Shown: positions 1-8,536, counted from the stretch's first letter. The stretch: 64,000 bases of DNA from an uncultured Candidatus Saccharibacteria bacterium (GCA_964507625.1 CAZDPR010000003.1:15101-79100); one strand, 5' to 3'. The notes: generated by a model from the sequence alone, not told the origin. Made by a program: numbers and translations.

Positions 1-13
1 TAAAAATGTACCT

Positions 14-463
14 ATGGCACAAAAACATCCGCAGTATGGGTACATGTCCAAACATCACTTGATACCCAAATTTAGAATCCGTGTTTATTACGGTATCACC
101 TTTCGCATGCCCCATAACACTATCCGATTGTGGCGGAAACGTCATGATGCATGGCATACCTTGTTTGGTGATAAAACTATTAATGAAATTATTCGTTATT
201 TAGGTGGACGCGTACACACCATTCAGTATTACCAGCAAGAACCTTGGAAAATTTTGTTTAAAAATAATTCTGCACACAAAGCACAAAAAATTCTTATTCG
301 TGCACGCAGAATGATTCGTAAACAATATGCACATTTAGAATTTGATCCAAATCTACAGTCTAAAGTAAGGCGGATCGAAACCTATATGAACAGTCGTGTA
401 TTCGGGAGAATTTATCTCGATCATCGATTTTCACCGAAACACATAAAAGCAAAGCAGAGATGA
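14..463 (+). CDS. basic hypothetical protein with HNH-like His motif
   Basis: 149 aa ORF; SKHHLIPK...NTIRLWRKRHDAWHTLFG resembles small HNH/His-Me proteins. Confidence 0.55.
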   Translation: MAQKHPQYGYMSKHHLIPKFRIRVYYGITFRMPHNTIRLWRKRHDAWHTLFGDKTINEIIRYLGGRVHTIQYYQQEPWKILFKNNSAHKAQKILIRARRMIRKQYAHLEFDPNLQSKVRRIETYMNSRVFGRIYLDHRFSPKHIKAKQR

Positions 464-475
464 ACTCCCTGCTTT

Positions 476-862
476 TTATTTCTTGATTCGATATCGTGCA
501 GTTTTTTTGGCAATGCGTTCTGGTTGATCCACCCACTGTTTACCCTGTGCCGTACCCTTATTTTTTGCACGACTGGTTGCAATTTTTTCACCCACCGTCA
601 GATGTTCGCGCGCTTTTTTGGGTAAATATCGACTATGTCCCACTTCGCCTGTATAGCCCCAATCTTACTTGGTCCATCGTACCAAACTATTTGCATCAGA
701 TTTTTGACCGACATACCCACCTCCACGCTCTTTATATAATTTTACTGCATACTGCATGGCACGCGCAGAAAATTTACCCATTTTCTCAACGGCTTCCATT
801 TTGCAATATTCCCATAATGGTTCGTTATCTCGAACTGCAGTTTTCCCAACTTGTTTTTTCAT
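476..862 (-). pseudogene. DUF5872-like protein interrupted by an in-frame TAA at 665-667
   Basis: N-half FSARAMQYAVKLYKERGGGYVG...VRWTK; after the TAA the same frame continues DWGYTGEVGHSRYLPKKARE...GKQWVDQPERIAKKTARYRIKK to TAA at 476-478; TGCTATACT lies 6 nt before the ATG. Confidence 0.7.
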
Positions 863-962
863 AGTTTCAGTATAGCAAAAAACTTAATAATCCAATATAA
901 AATTTATAACTAATAAAAAACCGCACCCTGCATCAGGGGCGGTTATCGAGAAAAATCAGACA

Positions 963-1652
963 CTATTTCACATAGCTATTTTCTGGTTTTTTTGTGAGCG
1001 ATTTTTTCCGAATTTCTTTACGAAAATTTTTTGCTTTTCTCCATAAAGTAAAATATCGGTACATAATCTTTTCCTTTTGATGGATAAGGTTAGATGAATA
1101 CTCGTCAATACCATCAAAATACACCCTCATGTTATCCAGACTGAACAGATCTTCTTCTGGTCCATGATCACAAAACCAAGAATTTTTCAGAATATCTGTG
1201 TATTTTCCTGTTTCTTTGATGAAAATTGCAACCTTGTGTTCCACGAGGTCTTTTGGTTTTTTAGAAACCGGATCTAGTGGTCGATTGAGTACGATGTTTT
1301 GCACTAATTGTGCATACGCGACCAATCGGTCAGACATAATTTCTGGCATGTTCCCAGAATTTTCCTTGAACGCCCGTGCAAACAAAGTTTTAGAATCTTC
1401 GGTAATCAGTACCCAGGAAAGTCCTGGTTTCATCAATTTACCGTTGATAATGCCGGTGTTTACTACGGCACGATAGCCAAGATGCTCAAAAATATACATA
1501 TCCTGGTAATGATGGAGCCCTGTTACCCTGTCGGGAAACTCTTTACCCAAACGTTCAAACTCCCGTTTCTTTTCTTCTACAGAAACGAGTCGGAACCCTA
1601 ATTCCAAAAGTCGTTCACGCAAACTCGTGATGATAGTTGATTCTTTTTTCAT
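963..1652 (-). CDS. hypothetical protein
   Basis: 229 aa ORF with own promoter-like TTGCTT...TAGTGT and downstream hairpin near 920-945. Confidence 0.7.
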   Translation of the reverse strand: MKKESTIITSLRERLLELGFRLVSVEEKKREFERLGKEFPDRVTGLHHYQDMYIFEHLGYRAVVNTGIINGKLMKPGLSWVLITEDSKTLFARAFKENSGNMPEIMSDRLVAYAQLVQNIVLNRPLDPVSKKPKDLVEHKVAIFIKETGKYTDILKNSWFCDHGPEEDLFSLDNMRVYFDGIDEYSSNLIHQKEKIMYRYFTLWRKAKNFRKEIRKKSLTKKPENSYVK

Positions 1653-1728
1653 ATTACAAATTTTTCTTCACACTACCACACAAATACAAAAAAGCAACAC
1701 CCTAGTGATTACTAATAAGTTATCTGTA

Positions 1729-2334
1729 CTACACCATAATCATTAAAATCGCCATTCCAATCATTACCGCATTTTCTAAAACTGTAACCCATCCCAATGG
1801 TAATGCAGTCCATGTTCCTAAACAAACACATTGGACATGTTCACCTTTTTGAATAACCTTGAATACTCCCAGGGTAGTAATTCCTAAAACAATTATTGTC
1901 ACCCATGATGCAAAAGATACCCACACCCCCGACAAAAATAACCCTGCTAGTCCAAGTTCGATCGCTGGATATATTTGTGCATACAATGGAATTTTTCCTG
2001 CAAGTGGATCATATTCGATAAACGAACGAGCAAAATTCCCCCAAGTTATTGATTTAGAAACACCAAACACAAGAAAAAAGTATCCCATCAACCAGCGATG
2101 TATATTTTGTGTATCCGATATACCATTTTTAGTAATCAGCACAGTAAAAATTGTTGCTATCACAACAACACCCAATAACACAATTAGTGCTTTATATGTT
2201 TTCCAGACTGAATGGTTTGTTGTGCCGATTTTTTGCGCACCCTTTGGCGCATGGTGATCACAATAAAAATGCATCAACCCCCGATCATCAATTATTCGAT
2301 AAGTCGCATCCATAGAACATAGTTCACATTTCAT
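1729..2334 (-). CDS. MauE/DoxX-family membrane protein with N-terminal Cys/His motif
   Basis: CVCLGT..LPLGWVTVLENAVM C-terminal motif, about 5 TM segments; start moved to MKCELC, which follows a TATACT box. Confidence 0.75.
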   Translation of the reverse strand: MKCELCSMDATYRIIDDRGLMHFYCDHHAPKGAQKIGTTNHSVWKTYKALIVLLGVVVIATIFTVLITKNGISDTQNIHRWLMGYFFLVFGVSKSITWGNFARSFIEYDPLAGKIPLYAQIYPAIELGLAGLFLSGVWVSFASWVTIIVLGITTLGVFKVIQKGEHVQCVCLGTWTALPLGWVTVLENAVMIGMAILMIMV

Positions 2335-2391
2335 ATACTCGAGTATATCGCAAAACAAACACAAATAAAACACCTCCTAAGGGTGTTTTAT

Positions 2392-2493
2392 TTAACTTAT
2401 CAATATAATCACTAACGCCAGTGCCAACATCCCCATCGCTGGTAATGCTTTTATGATATTATCGCGGACCTTGACATGCATCGCAATTGCCCC
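2392..2493 (-). pseudogene. 3' remnant of a DoxX-like membrane protein gene
   Basis: GAIAMHVKVRDNIIKALPAMGMLALALVIILIS* resembles DoxX C-termini; no 5' part; followed by terminator at 2366-2390. Confidence 0.5.
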
Positions 2494-2532
2494 TTTATTG
2501 AAATTCTTTTAAATATGTGCTATACTATACAC

Positions 2533-2700
2533 ATGAAGATTAATGCAAAATCAATTAATAAACCACTTTCAGCATCTCAAAAAAAGGTGCTTAAATCTCG
2601 TGGGTTTGATTCTGCAATTGCATCATTTAAAATTGAAGGTGTGTCTTTTTCAAAAGACAAAATCTCCTCACTCCGTTCACGACTCCATTCTGTTAAATAA
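2533..2700 (+). CDS. VbhA/FicA-like Fic antitoxin peptide (55 aa)
   Basis: AIASFKIEG matches the (S/T)xxxE(G/N) inhibitory helix motif; TTGAAA...TGCTATACT promoter 6 nt before the ATG. Confidence 0.55.
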   Translation: MKINAKSINKPLSASQKKVLKSRGFDSAIASFKIEGVSFSKDKISSLRSRLHSVK

Positions 2701-2817
2701 TTCAATCATTGGATTAACATTTGCAACTGCTGCCTGCTGGACAGCAGTTTTATTATAGTAATAGTATACCAAAAATAACCCGAGATGGTTTATTTTTATA
2801 CATTGCATTGATATCTT

Positions 2818-3033
2818 CTAGAAAAAAGTCTTTACATACAGTTGTTCTACTTTGGCGCGTGCCCATGGGGTTTTCCGTAAAAATACCAAACTGGATTTGA
2901 TACTGGGATCGATCTGGAAACAGTTAATATTCACCCGCATTCCCATTTCACCCCAACCCAAACGATCCACCAATTCCTGGAGGATCATTTCGAGTGTTTT
3001 GTTTTGGAAGGGGTTATTGTGAGATATTGACAT
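2818..3033 (-). CDS. VF530/DUF2132 family DNA-binding protein
   Basis: [42 protein letters not shown] signature. Confidence 0.9.
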   Translation of the reverse strand: MSISHNNPFQNKTLEMILQELVDRLGWGEMGMRVNINCFQIDPSIKSSLVFLRKTPWARAKVEQLYVKTFF

Positions 3034-3078
3034 ATATATTTATTTATATTATATTAATACAAACAAAAAATCAAGAAA

Positions 3079-3498
3079 ATGACTCGAGAACAAAAACTAG
3101 CTCTTATTTCAATCGGTGCAACCTGGTGGGCAAATTACCTGGAAAAACCAGCCCGAGGAGATTCTGCAAACGGCGGAATCGGAGGATTCGGTTCTGTACT
3201 TGCCACCTTCGCAAAAATAACTGTCCAAAAACCTGTTACCAAAGATCAAATTGAACTTTTCAAAAAATCATTGACGGAACAAGTTGGACGAAACATTTAT
3301 GACACTCATCCAGATCAAACACTCACTATCGGGACTGACTGGGCCCCAGAAATGGAACTCGCAAACGCGTGCCATGAATCTGGAGTCAGTGGTACAGAAT
3401 TTCCTAGTAAAACCACTATGTGGATTAATTTTGGAAAAGGTACCATTTCGGTTGCTGTTGGTATTACAGACTCAAAGGTTATCTATACTGCAAAATAG
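3079..3498 (+). CDS. hypothetical protein, phage-like ORFan
   Basis: 139 aa ORF; TTGACA promoter near 3027; terminator AAGGACGAAC-TTCG-GTTCGTCTTT at about 3517-3543. Confidence 0.75.
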   Translation: MTREQKLALISIGATWWANYLEKPARGDSANGGIGGFGSVLATFAKITVQKPVTKDQIELFKKSLTEQVGRNIYDTHPDQTLTIGTDWAPEMELANACHESGVSGTEFPSKTTMWINFGKGTISVAVGITDSKVIYTAK

Positions 3499-3609
3499 AT
3501 TAGATACACAATGTACAAGGACGAACTTCGGTTCGTCTTTTTTGTTAAGTAATAAGGAAAATAAAATAACCTGAAGTGGGTTATTTTATTTTAAGCCAAT
3601 TTTTATAAA

Positions 3610-3870
3610 TTATAATATCATTATCTCAATGAAACCTTTTGCAAGTAACTCTGTAGTTCCCTCGCGCAAATCATGCAGGTTTTCCCATAATTGAAAGGTT
3701 TGATAACTATCGTCTTCTGATATCATTTCCCATTCATCAGGTTCGACTTCTACATAATCATCATCTTCGGGCGTATATTCCTGACACATTACCAAGAATG
3801 GAAAATAAAAATCTGGGTGTTCGTGGCAGTATTTTAATAATTGAATAGCAAGGTCTCGGGTTATGTTCAT
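3610..3870 (-). CDS. small acidic hypothetical protein, possibly C-terminally truncated
   Basis: D/E-rich (EDDDYVEVEPDEWEMISEDD); co-oriented with and downstream of the DpnI gene. Confidence 0.65.
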   Translation of the reverse strand: MNITRDLAIQLLKYCHEHPDFYFPFLVMCQEYTPEDDDYVEVEPDEWEMISEDDSYQTFQLWENLHDLREGTTELLAKGFIEIMIL

Positions 3871-3880
3871 AGTCAAAAAT

Positions 3881-3932
3881 AGATCATTAGATTAATAATG
3901 ATCTGATCATTGATCAAAATAAAAATAAGATC
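3881..3932. promoter_or_regulatory. GATC cluster with 9-bp inverted repeat
   Basis: GATC at 3882, 3900, 3905, 3912, 3929; AGATCATTA-N6-TAATGATCT. Confidence 0.5.
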
Positions 3933-3941
3933 AAGTCTTTT

Positions 3942-4706
3942 TTATGTAACTGTGTATAATCCTTTTCCTATAAATTCAAGGTACCCTTTATCTCGTAAGA
4001 ATTGTAATTGTTGGCGAATTTTTGCTTGAATATTATTGTTTTCTGGATGAATCTTTTTAAGTTCAGGTTCAAATGCATACATGTCAGTTAGGGTAAATTC
4101 TTTTTTATTTAAAGCATCAATACAATTCATAATATCAAGAATCCAACCTTTCGCTTCTACTTTTTTAATTTTTTTCAAAAAAACTGTCTTTTGCCATTTT
4201 TCTAAAACGTCTTTTTTAGAAATTTCTTTTCCATTTTCAATATAAAAAATTTGTCCCGCTTTTGGAATTTTAGAAAATAGAATATTTGAACCGACCCAGC
4301 CAGCCCGGCGAGCAGTTGGAGACAAAGGCTTCCTTTTTTCAATAATTTCAGATACGAAAAAATGCTTTGGTACCACAAAGAAATCATTCACCAATAATGT
4401 TTCTAAATATTCCATGAAAAAGAAATTTGGTTTTTCTGGAGAGTTAATTCTTTTAATCATTTCTGAATATGCTCCCGCAGCAACAGTTTTTCCAATCTTA
4501 CCTTTTTTAGATTTTAACTCAAAATCCTCGGTACATTTTTTGCAGTAAAAATCAGCTACGGGTTTATTATTTTCATATTCATTTATTAAATTTCCACAAC
4601 TGGGACAATAAATTTCACGTAAAACCCATCTCTCTGTAAGGATACGAGCTTTTTGACTTGCACTTGTGTAGTTCTCAGCTTCTTTAAGGTTGAATAATAA
4701 GTTCAT
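3942..4706 (-). CDS. dpnI: DpnI-family (Dam-replacing) methyl-directed restriction endonuclease
   Basis: SASQKARILTERW, CPSC/CKKC zinc site, PVADF..ELKSK PD-(D/E)xK core, RRAGWVG, C-terminal winged helix NNIQAKIRQQLQFLRDKG. Confidence 0.92.
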   Translation of the reverse strand: MNLLFNLKEAENYTSASQKARILTERWVLREIYCPSCGNLINEYENNKPVADFYCKKCTEDFELKSKKGKIGKTVAAGAYSEMIKRINSPEKPNFFFMEYLETLLVNDFFVVPKHFFVSEIIEKRKPLSPTARRAGWVGSNILFSKIPKAGQIFYIENGKEISKKDVLEKWQKTVFLKKIKKVEAKGWILDIMNCIDALNKKEFTLTDMYAFEPELKKIHPENNNIQAKIRQQLQFLRDKGYLEFIGKGLYTVT

Positions 4707-4872
4707 ATGATTTAATTAATTATTGAAAATTTTCTGTTTAAATAAAATAGTTTAATATATCTAATACTATATATTTTCGCATAATTACAAACAATATTCA
4801 ACCCACCATTTTAAAACCAAAAAACCGCCTTTTCAGCAGTTCCTGTTATCTCCTCCTATTCCCACATTAAGC

Positions 4873-5163
4873 CTACGCCCTTTTATGAATCTCCACCTGT
4901 ACCATAACCATATCCCCTTCCCAGATATCCTGTGCCGTACGCACTGACTTTTTAATCGCAATCAAAAATGCTTGATCGCGCAAATGAGGCAACAATGACG
5001 TCTGCCAAGAGGTAGATCCAATGGTAATGGTCGCACGCAGTAATCCCTTGCCATACTGATCACGAATTGGACCAAATAATTCCCGCGGGACATAGACGAA
5101 ATACCACGGCGTATTCCCTGGCCATTTCCATACCTTTGCAGAAAAAGAAAATTCAGGTGACAT
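4873..5163 (-). CDS. DUF1905 domain protein
   Basis: WYFVYVP..ATITIGSTSWQTSLLP..IAIKKSVR..EGDMV pattern. Confidence 0.85.
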   Translation of the reverse strand: MSPEFSFSAKVWKWPGNTPWYFVYVPRELFGPIRDQYGKGLLRATITIGSTSWQTSLLPHLRDQAFLIAIKKSVRTAQDIWEGDMVMVQVEIHKRA

Positions 5164-5169
5164 AATGGG

Positions 5170-6144
5170 TTATTTTTTCTTCACTACCAATAATTGTGTC
5201 ACCAATGCCGTCATTTGATCTTTTTTCTCGGGCTTACTTTCTGCAATTAATAACGTCAGCGCGGTGAGCGTGCTCGGATTAATATTTCTATACCCCTTTA
5301 CCTGATATTTACGCAAAAACCAAATAAACGCCCATGCACCACTGCGTTTATTCCCATCAACGAACGGGTGGTTTTTCACCATAAAATATAACAAGTGTGC
5401 TGCTTTTTCTTCGGTAGTTGCATAAATTGGTTTTCCGTCGAATGACTGCATCACGTTTCCGATGATCCCCTCTACTGATCCCATTGATCGTTCTTGAGCA
5501 AAAATGTCAGTTGCTTCACCTTTTTTGATCAAGTCATTACGGAGCGTCGCAATCGAATCACGTAATTCATCTGCAGATACGGTGATTGATTTTTTGGCGG
5601 TTCCTACTGGGGTGAGTAATTCTTTGTCATATGCATCGAGTGATGCCCATGTGGTAGAAAATTCTTTTACTAATTCTAAAATACTTTTTGGATCTAATGT
5701 GGCATGTTCAGGGAGGAGGTTTTGGATTGCGGTAACGGTTTTGAGGAATTCCTGATGATTCTTTTGAATTTGCTTACGATTTATCACATAACCTTTGATA
5801 AAGTAATCTTTTAAGATCTTACTTACCCATTTACGAAATTCAATTGCTCGACCTGAATTCGTCCGATATCCAACTGCTAAAATAATATCCAAGGAGTAGA
5901 AATTAACGGGTTTATCAGAATTTGCAATGTGCATTTTTTGCACATTGCTTTTTTCACCAACTTCTTTTGATTTTAAAATATTATTAATGTGTTTAGTAAC
6001 TACTGATCGTTCTACTCCAAACACCTCGGCAATTTGTGCCTGAGTCGCCCAAATCGTTTCATGCGAAAAATCCCCACGGAACTGAATTTCTCCGGAAGAT
6101 GCTTGATATAACACTACAGAATTTTTAACGATTGGTTTTTTCAT
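5170..6144 (-). CDS. RhuM-family N-terminal domain fused to a Fic/Doc domain
   Basis: ETIWATQAQIAEVF..YSLDIILAVGYRTNS (RhuM); HPFVDGNKR (Doc-type Fic motif). Confidence 0.9.
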   Translation of the reverse strand: MKKPIVKNSVVLYQASSGEIQFRGDFSHETIWATQAQIAEVFGVERSVVTKHINNILKSKEVGEKSNVQKMHIANSDKPVNFYSLDIILAVGYRTNSGRAIEFRKWVSKILKDYFIKGYVINRKQIQKNHQEFLKTVTAIQNLLPEHATLDPKSILELVKEFSTTWASLDAYDKELLTPVGTAKKSITVSADELRDSIATLRNDLIKKGEATDIFAQERSMGSVEGIIGNVMQSFDGKPIYATTEEKAAHLLYFMVKNHPFVDGNKRSGAWAFIWFLRKYQVKGYRNINPSTLTALTLLIAESKPEKKDQMTALVTQLLVVKKK

Positions 6145-6186
6145 ATACTACAACCATTGAATCATATTTTGTGTTACCTGTATAGA

Positions 6187-6678
6187 TTATGTACCCAAAT
6201 AACTATCAAAATAAATCGCATGGCAGGTGTAGCCACCAGGGTTTTTTTGGAGATAGTCCTGATGATATTCTTCGGCTTTGTAAAATTTTGTAAACGGTTC
6301 CAGTGTTGTCACTACTGGGTGTGACCAGCGTTTTGAATCATTGACGATTTTGATAAAATCTTCTGCTTGTTTTTTCTCGTCATCGTTTTGATAAAAAATG
6401 GCACTGCGATACGATGTCCCGATATCGTTCCCCTGTTGATTCAAGGTGGTTGGGTTATGAATCTGGAAGAAAAAATCGAGTAATTTCCAAAATGATGTTT
6501 GTGTATCGTCATACGCGATATCGAGCGCCTCCGCGTGTCCAGGGTGGTTTTCATAAGTTGGATTATCATTATCACCACCGGTATACCCTGCAACAATATC
6601 CACAACCCCTGGCTGGGTGCGCATGAGCTCTTCCAATCCCCAAAAACATCCCCCTGCAAAATATGCGTGTTTGATCAT
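6187..6678 (-). CDS. msrA: peptide-methionine (S)-S-oxide reductase
   Basis: FAGGCFWG, HNPTTLNQQGNDIGTSYRSAIF, AEEYHQDY. Confidence 0.97.
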   Translation of the reverse strand: MIKHAYFAGGCFWGLEELMRTQPGVVDIVAGYTGGDNDNPTYENHPGHAEALDIAYDDTQTSFWKLLDFFFQIHNPTTLNQQGNDIGTSYRSAIFYQNDDEKKQAEDFIKIVNDSKRWSHPVVTTLEPFTKFYKAEEYHQDYLQKNPGGYTCHAIYFDSYLGT

Positions 6679-6718
6679 ATTGATCAGTGTAGCACAAACT
6701 ATTCTGATACAAAAAACC

Positions 6719-6928
6719 CTATTGTAAATCAATAGGGCAAGTATTTTTTCCGATAATCTGATACCACAAACACCAACTCATTACTGCTTGGAAAAAGCAA
6801 AAAAGTGCACCAATAATCAAAACTACTTGTACCCAAGCTACGGTTGCAACAAACAACGCAAGTGCTAATAAAATAACCCCCAGTACTGCGCGCATAATGC
6901 GGTCAGCGGTTCCAATGTTTTTCTTCAT
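6719..6928 (-). CDS. DUF2892/YgaP-like membrane protein
   Basis: MKKNIGTADRIMR...WCLWYQIIGKNTC. Confidence 0.85.
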   Translation of the reverse strand: MKKNIGTADRIMRAVLGVILLALALFVATVAWVQVVLIIGALFCFFQAVMSWCLWYQIIGKNTCPIDLQ

Positions 6929-7020
6929 ACCCCTACAGTGTACCCGATTTTGCACAGGATGAATACTTTTTTGAATTATTGACAAAATAGTTAAAAATAT
7001 ATAGAGTAAAGAAAAAAACT

Positions 7021-7350
7021 ATGGATCAAGAAAAGATAGATACACTCGTGTATAATGTTGCTCATTGGTTCTTTCTAAGAATCAAGGAGCAAAACATTGC
7101 AAAAACAATTCCTGGAGAAGATCTCGAAAGTTTCGAAAAAACTCTTATGTTGCATTTTCAAAATGAACTGATAAAAAGGAATGGTAGGCTCGCAATTCAA
7201 GAAGCTGATCGATTAATACTACAAATAATAATGGGAGCTGCGGAAATACACAATATTCCTAAAAAAATAATTCCCAAAGGTTTTTATTTTCTCATTAGAG
7301 TTGAGTATATGGATGTACACAATAAAAATATTTGCATATTAAGACTCTAA
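7021..7350 (+). CDS. hypothetical protein (ORFan)
   Basis: 109 aa ORF; TTGACA promoter near 6979; terminator about 7354-7377. Confidence 0.65.
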   Translation: MDQEKIDTLVYNVAHWFFLRIKEQNIAKTIPGEDLESFEKTLMLHFQNELIKRNGRLAIQEADRLILQIIMGAAEIHNIPKKIIPKGFYFLIRVEYMDVHNKNICILRL

Positions 7351-7392
7351 TCCAAAAAGCTCGTAAGGGCTTTTTTATATACAAAAACACAC

Positions 7393-7863
7393 CTATTCGG
7401 TGTGTGTATCTTTTACGATACAAGCAATGTATCCTGTTTTTGGAATATCTTTACTACTCGTATGTAAAAATTTATGAAATGATAGTGTCATATCAGAATA
7501 TCTACTGAACCCAACAATAGAAGAACTTGCTTCCCTGTTCATAAAATCGTGATTCAAGATAAACACACGTGCAGTAAAAATTTTTTCATGCTGTTTGGTA
7601 TATTGAATTAATTGACTAGTCTGATTTTCATCAAGATATTCAATAGTTTTCTTTTGGTGTTGTATCCAATTTTGGAATCGTTCAAGAATTTTATGAAATG
7701 ATAACACTTTTTCATCTCTCTTGATTCGATTGAATTTATAGATATGTATGAGGTTGCCATCTATTTGATAACATTGGGACAGTTCCAAAATATTTTTTTC
7801 TATTTCCGTGTTTTGCTGATTTTCTAGTATTGAGTAGTTCGTTTTCATTTTTTTTTGGTTCAC
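7393..7863 (-). CDS. hypothetical protein (ORFan)
   Basis: 156 aa AT-rich ORF; stop codon lies inside a hairpin. Confidence 0.55.
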   Translation of the reverse strand: MNQKKMKTNYSILENQQNTEIEKNILELSQCYQIDGNLIHIYKFNRIKRDEKVLSFHKILERFQNWIQHQKKTIEYLDENQTSQLIQYTKQHEKIFTARVFILNHDFMNREASSSIVGFSRYSDMTLSFHKFLHTSSKDIPKTGYIACIVKDTHTE

Positions 7864-7897
7864 TGCTTTATATCACAAAAATATTAAAAAGTAAAAC

Positions 7898-8290
7898 CTA
7901 CCAGTTCATGATCGTAATTGTCACCTGGAGAACCGTTGCAAACAATACCCAGCCAAGGTACGGAATATTCACGAGTGTCACCCACCGCGCGTGAGGATAA
8001 ATTGCAATCATTGCCCAAATGAGTGTTCCAAGTACCAAAAATATATCAATCATCGCCAGAACATTATTCTGTAACCCAAACTGGATCGGTGTGAACAGTG
8101 CATTAAAAATGATATTAAGGATAAATGGGAGCGCTACGATAAAAGGAATTTGTCGCATAACGAGCAAATATCCTACATATCCAAAAGAAACAGCAATAAT
8201 TGCATAGAGTACGGACCATACGGGACCAAAAAGCCACCCCGGCGGTGCCCATGTTGGTTTTATTAAGGTTTGATACCACATTGATTGCAT
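7898..8290 (-). CDS. tspO: TspO/MBR tryptophan-rich sensory protein
   Basis: WYQTLIKPTWAPPGWLFGPVWSVLY, PYLGWVLFAT. Confidence 0.93.
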   Translation of the reverse strand: MQSMWYQTLIKPTWAPPGWLFGPVWSVLYAIIAVSFGYVGYLLVMRQIPFIVALPFILNIIFNALFTPIQFGLQNNVLAMIDIFLVLGTLIWAMIAIYPHARWVTLVNIPYLGWVLFATVLQVTITIMNW

Positions 8291-8296
8291 AGATGA

Positions 8297-8536
8297 TTAT
8301 TGAGGGAAAACGTCATCGATTCCCCCACCATTGGTGAGATTCGTAAATCCTGCTTGTGTTAATAATTGTTGTGCTGCCCCGGATCGCGCACCAGAACGGC
8401 AATACAGACAGATTGACGCGTCTTTGGGAACATCAGGCAATTGTCCTGCCATGATATTTTCTAGTGGGAAATTTATTGCATCAGGATGATGTCGTTCAGC
8501 AAATTCTGCCGGAGTTCGTACGTCGATATAGATCAT
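8297..8536 (-). CDS. rhodanese-like domain protein
   Basis: IDVRTPAEF..H..AINFP, YCRSGARS; start chosen after TGGTATACT. Confidence 0.92.
   Translation of the reverse strand: MIYIDVRTPAEFAERHHPDAINFPLENIMAGQLPDVPKDASICLYCRSGARSGAAQQLLTQAGFTNLTNGGGIDDVFPQ

Noticed and set aside
665-667. Genome-wide stop-codon reassignment
   Set aside because: TAA, TAG and TGA all end full-length conserved genes (e.g. dprA and udg end in TGA); only one internal stop was found
496-864. 122-aa + strand ORF
   Set aside because: Shadow of the minus-strand DUF5872-like gene
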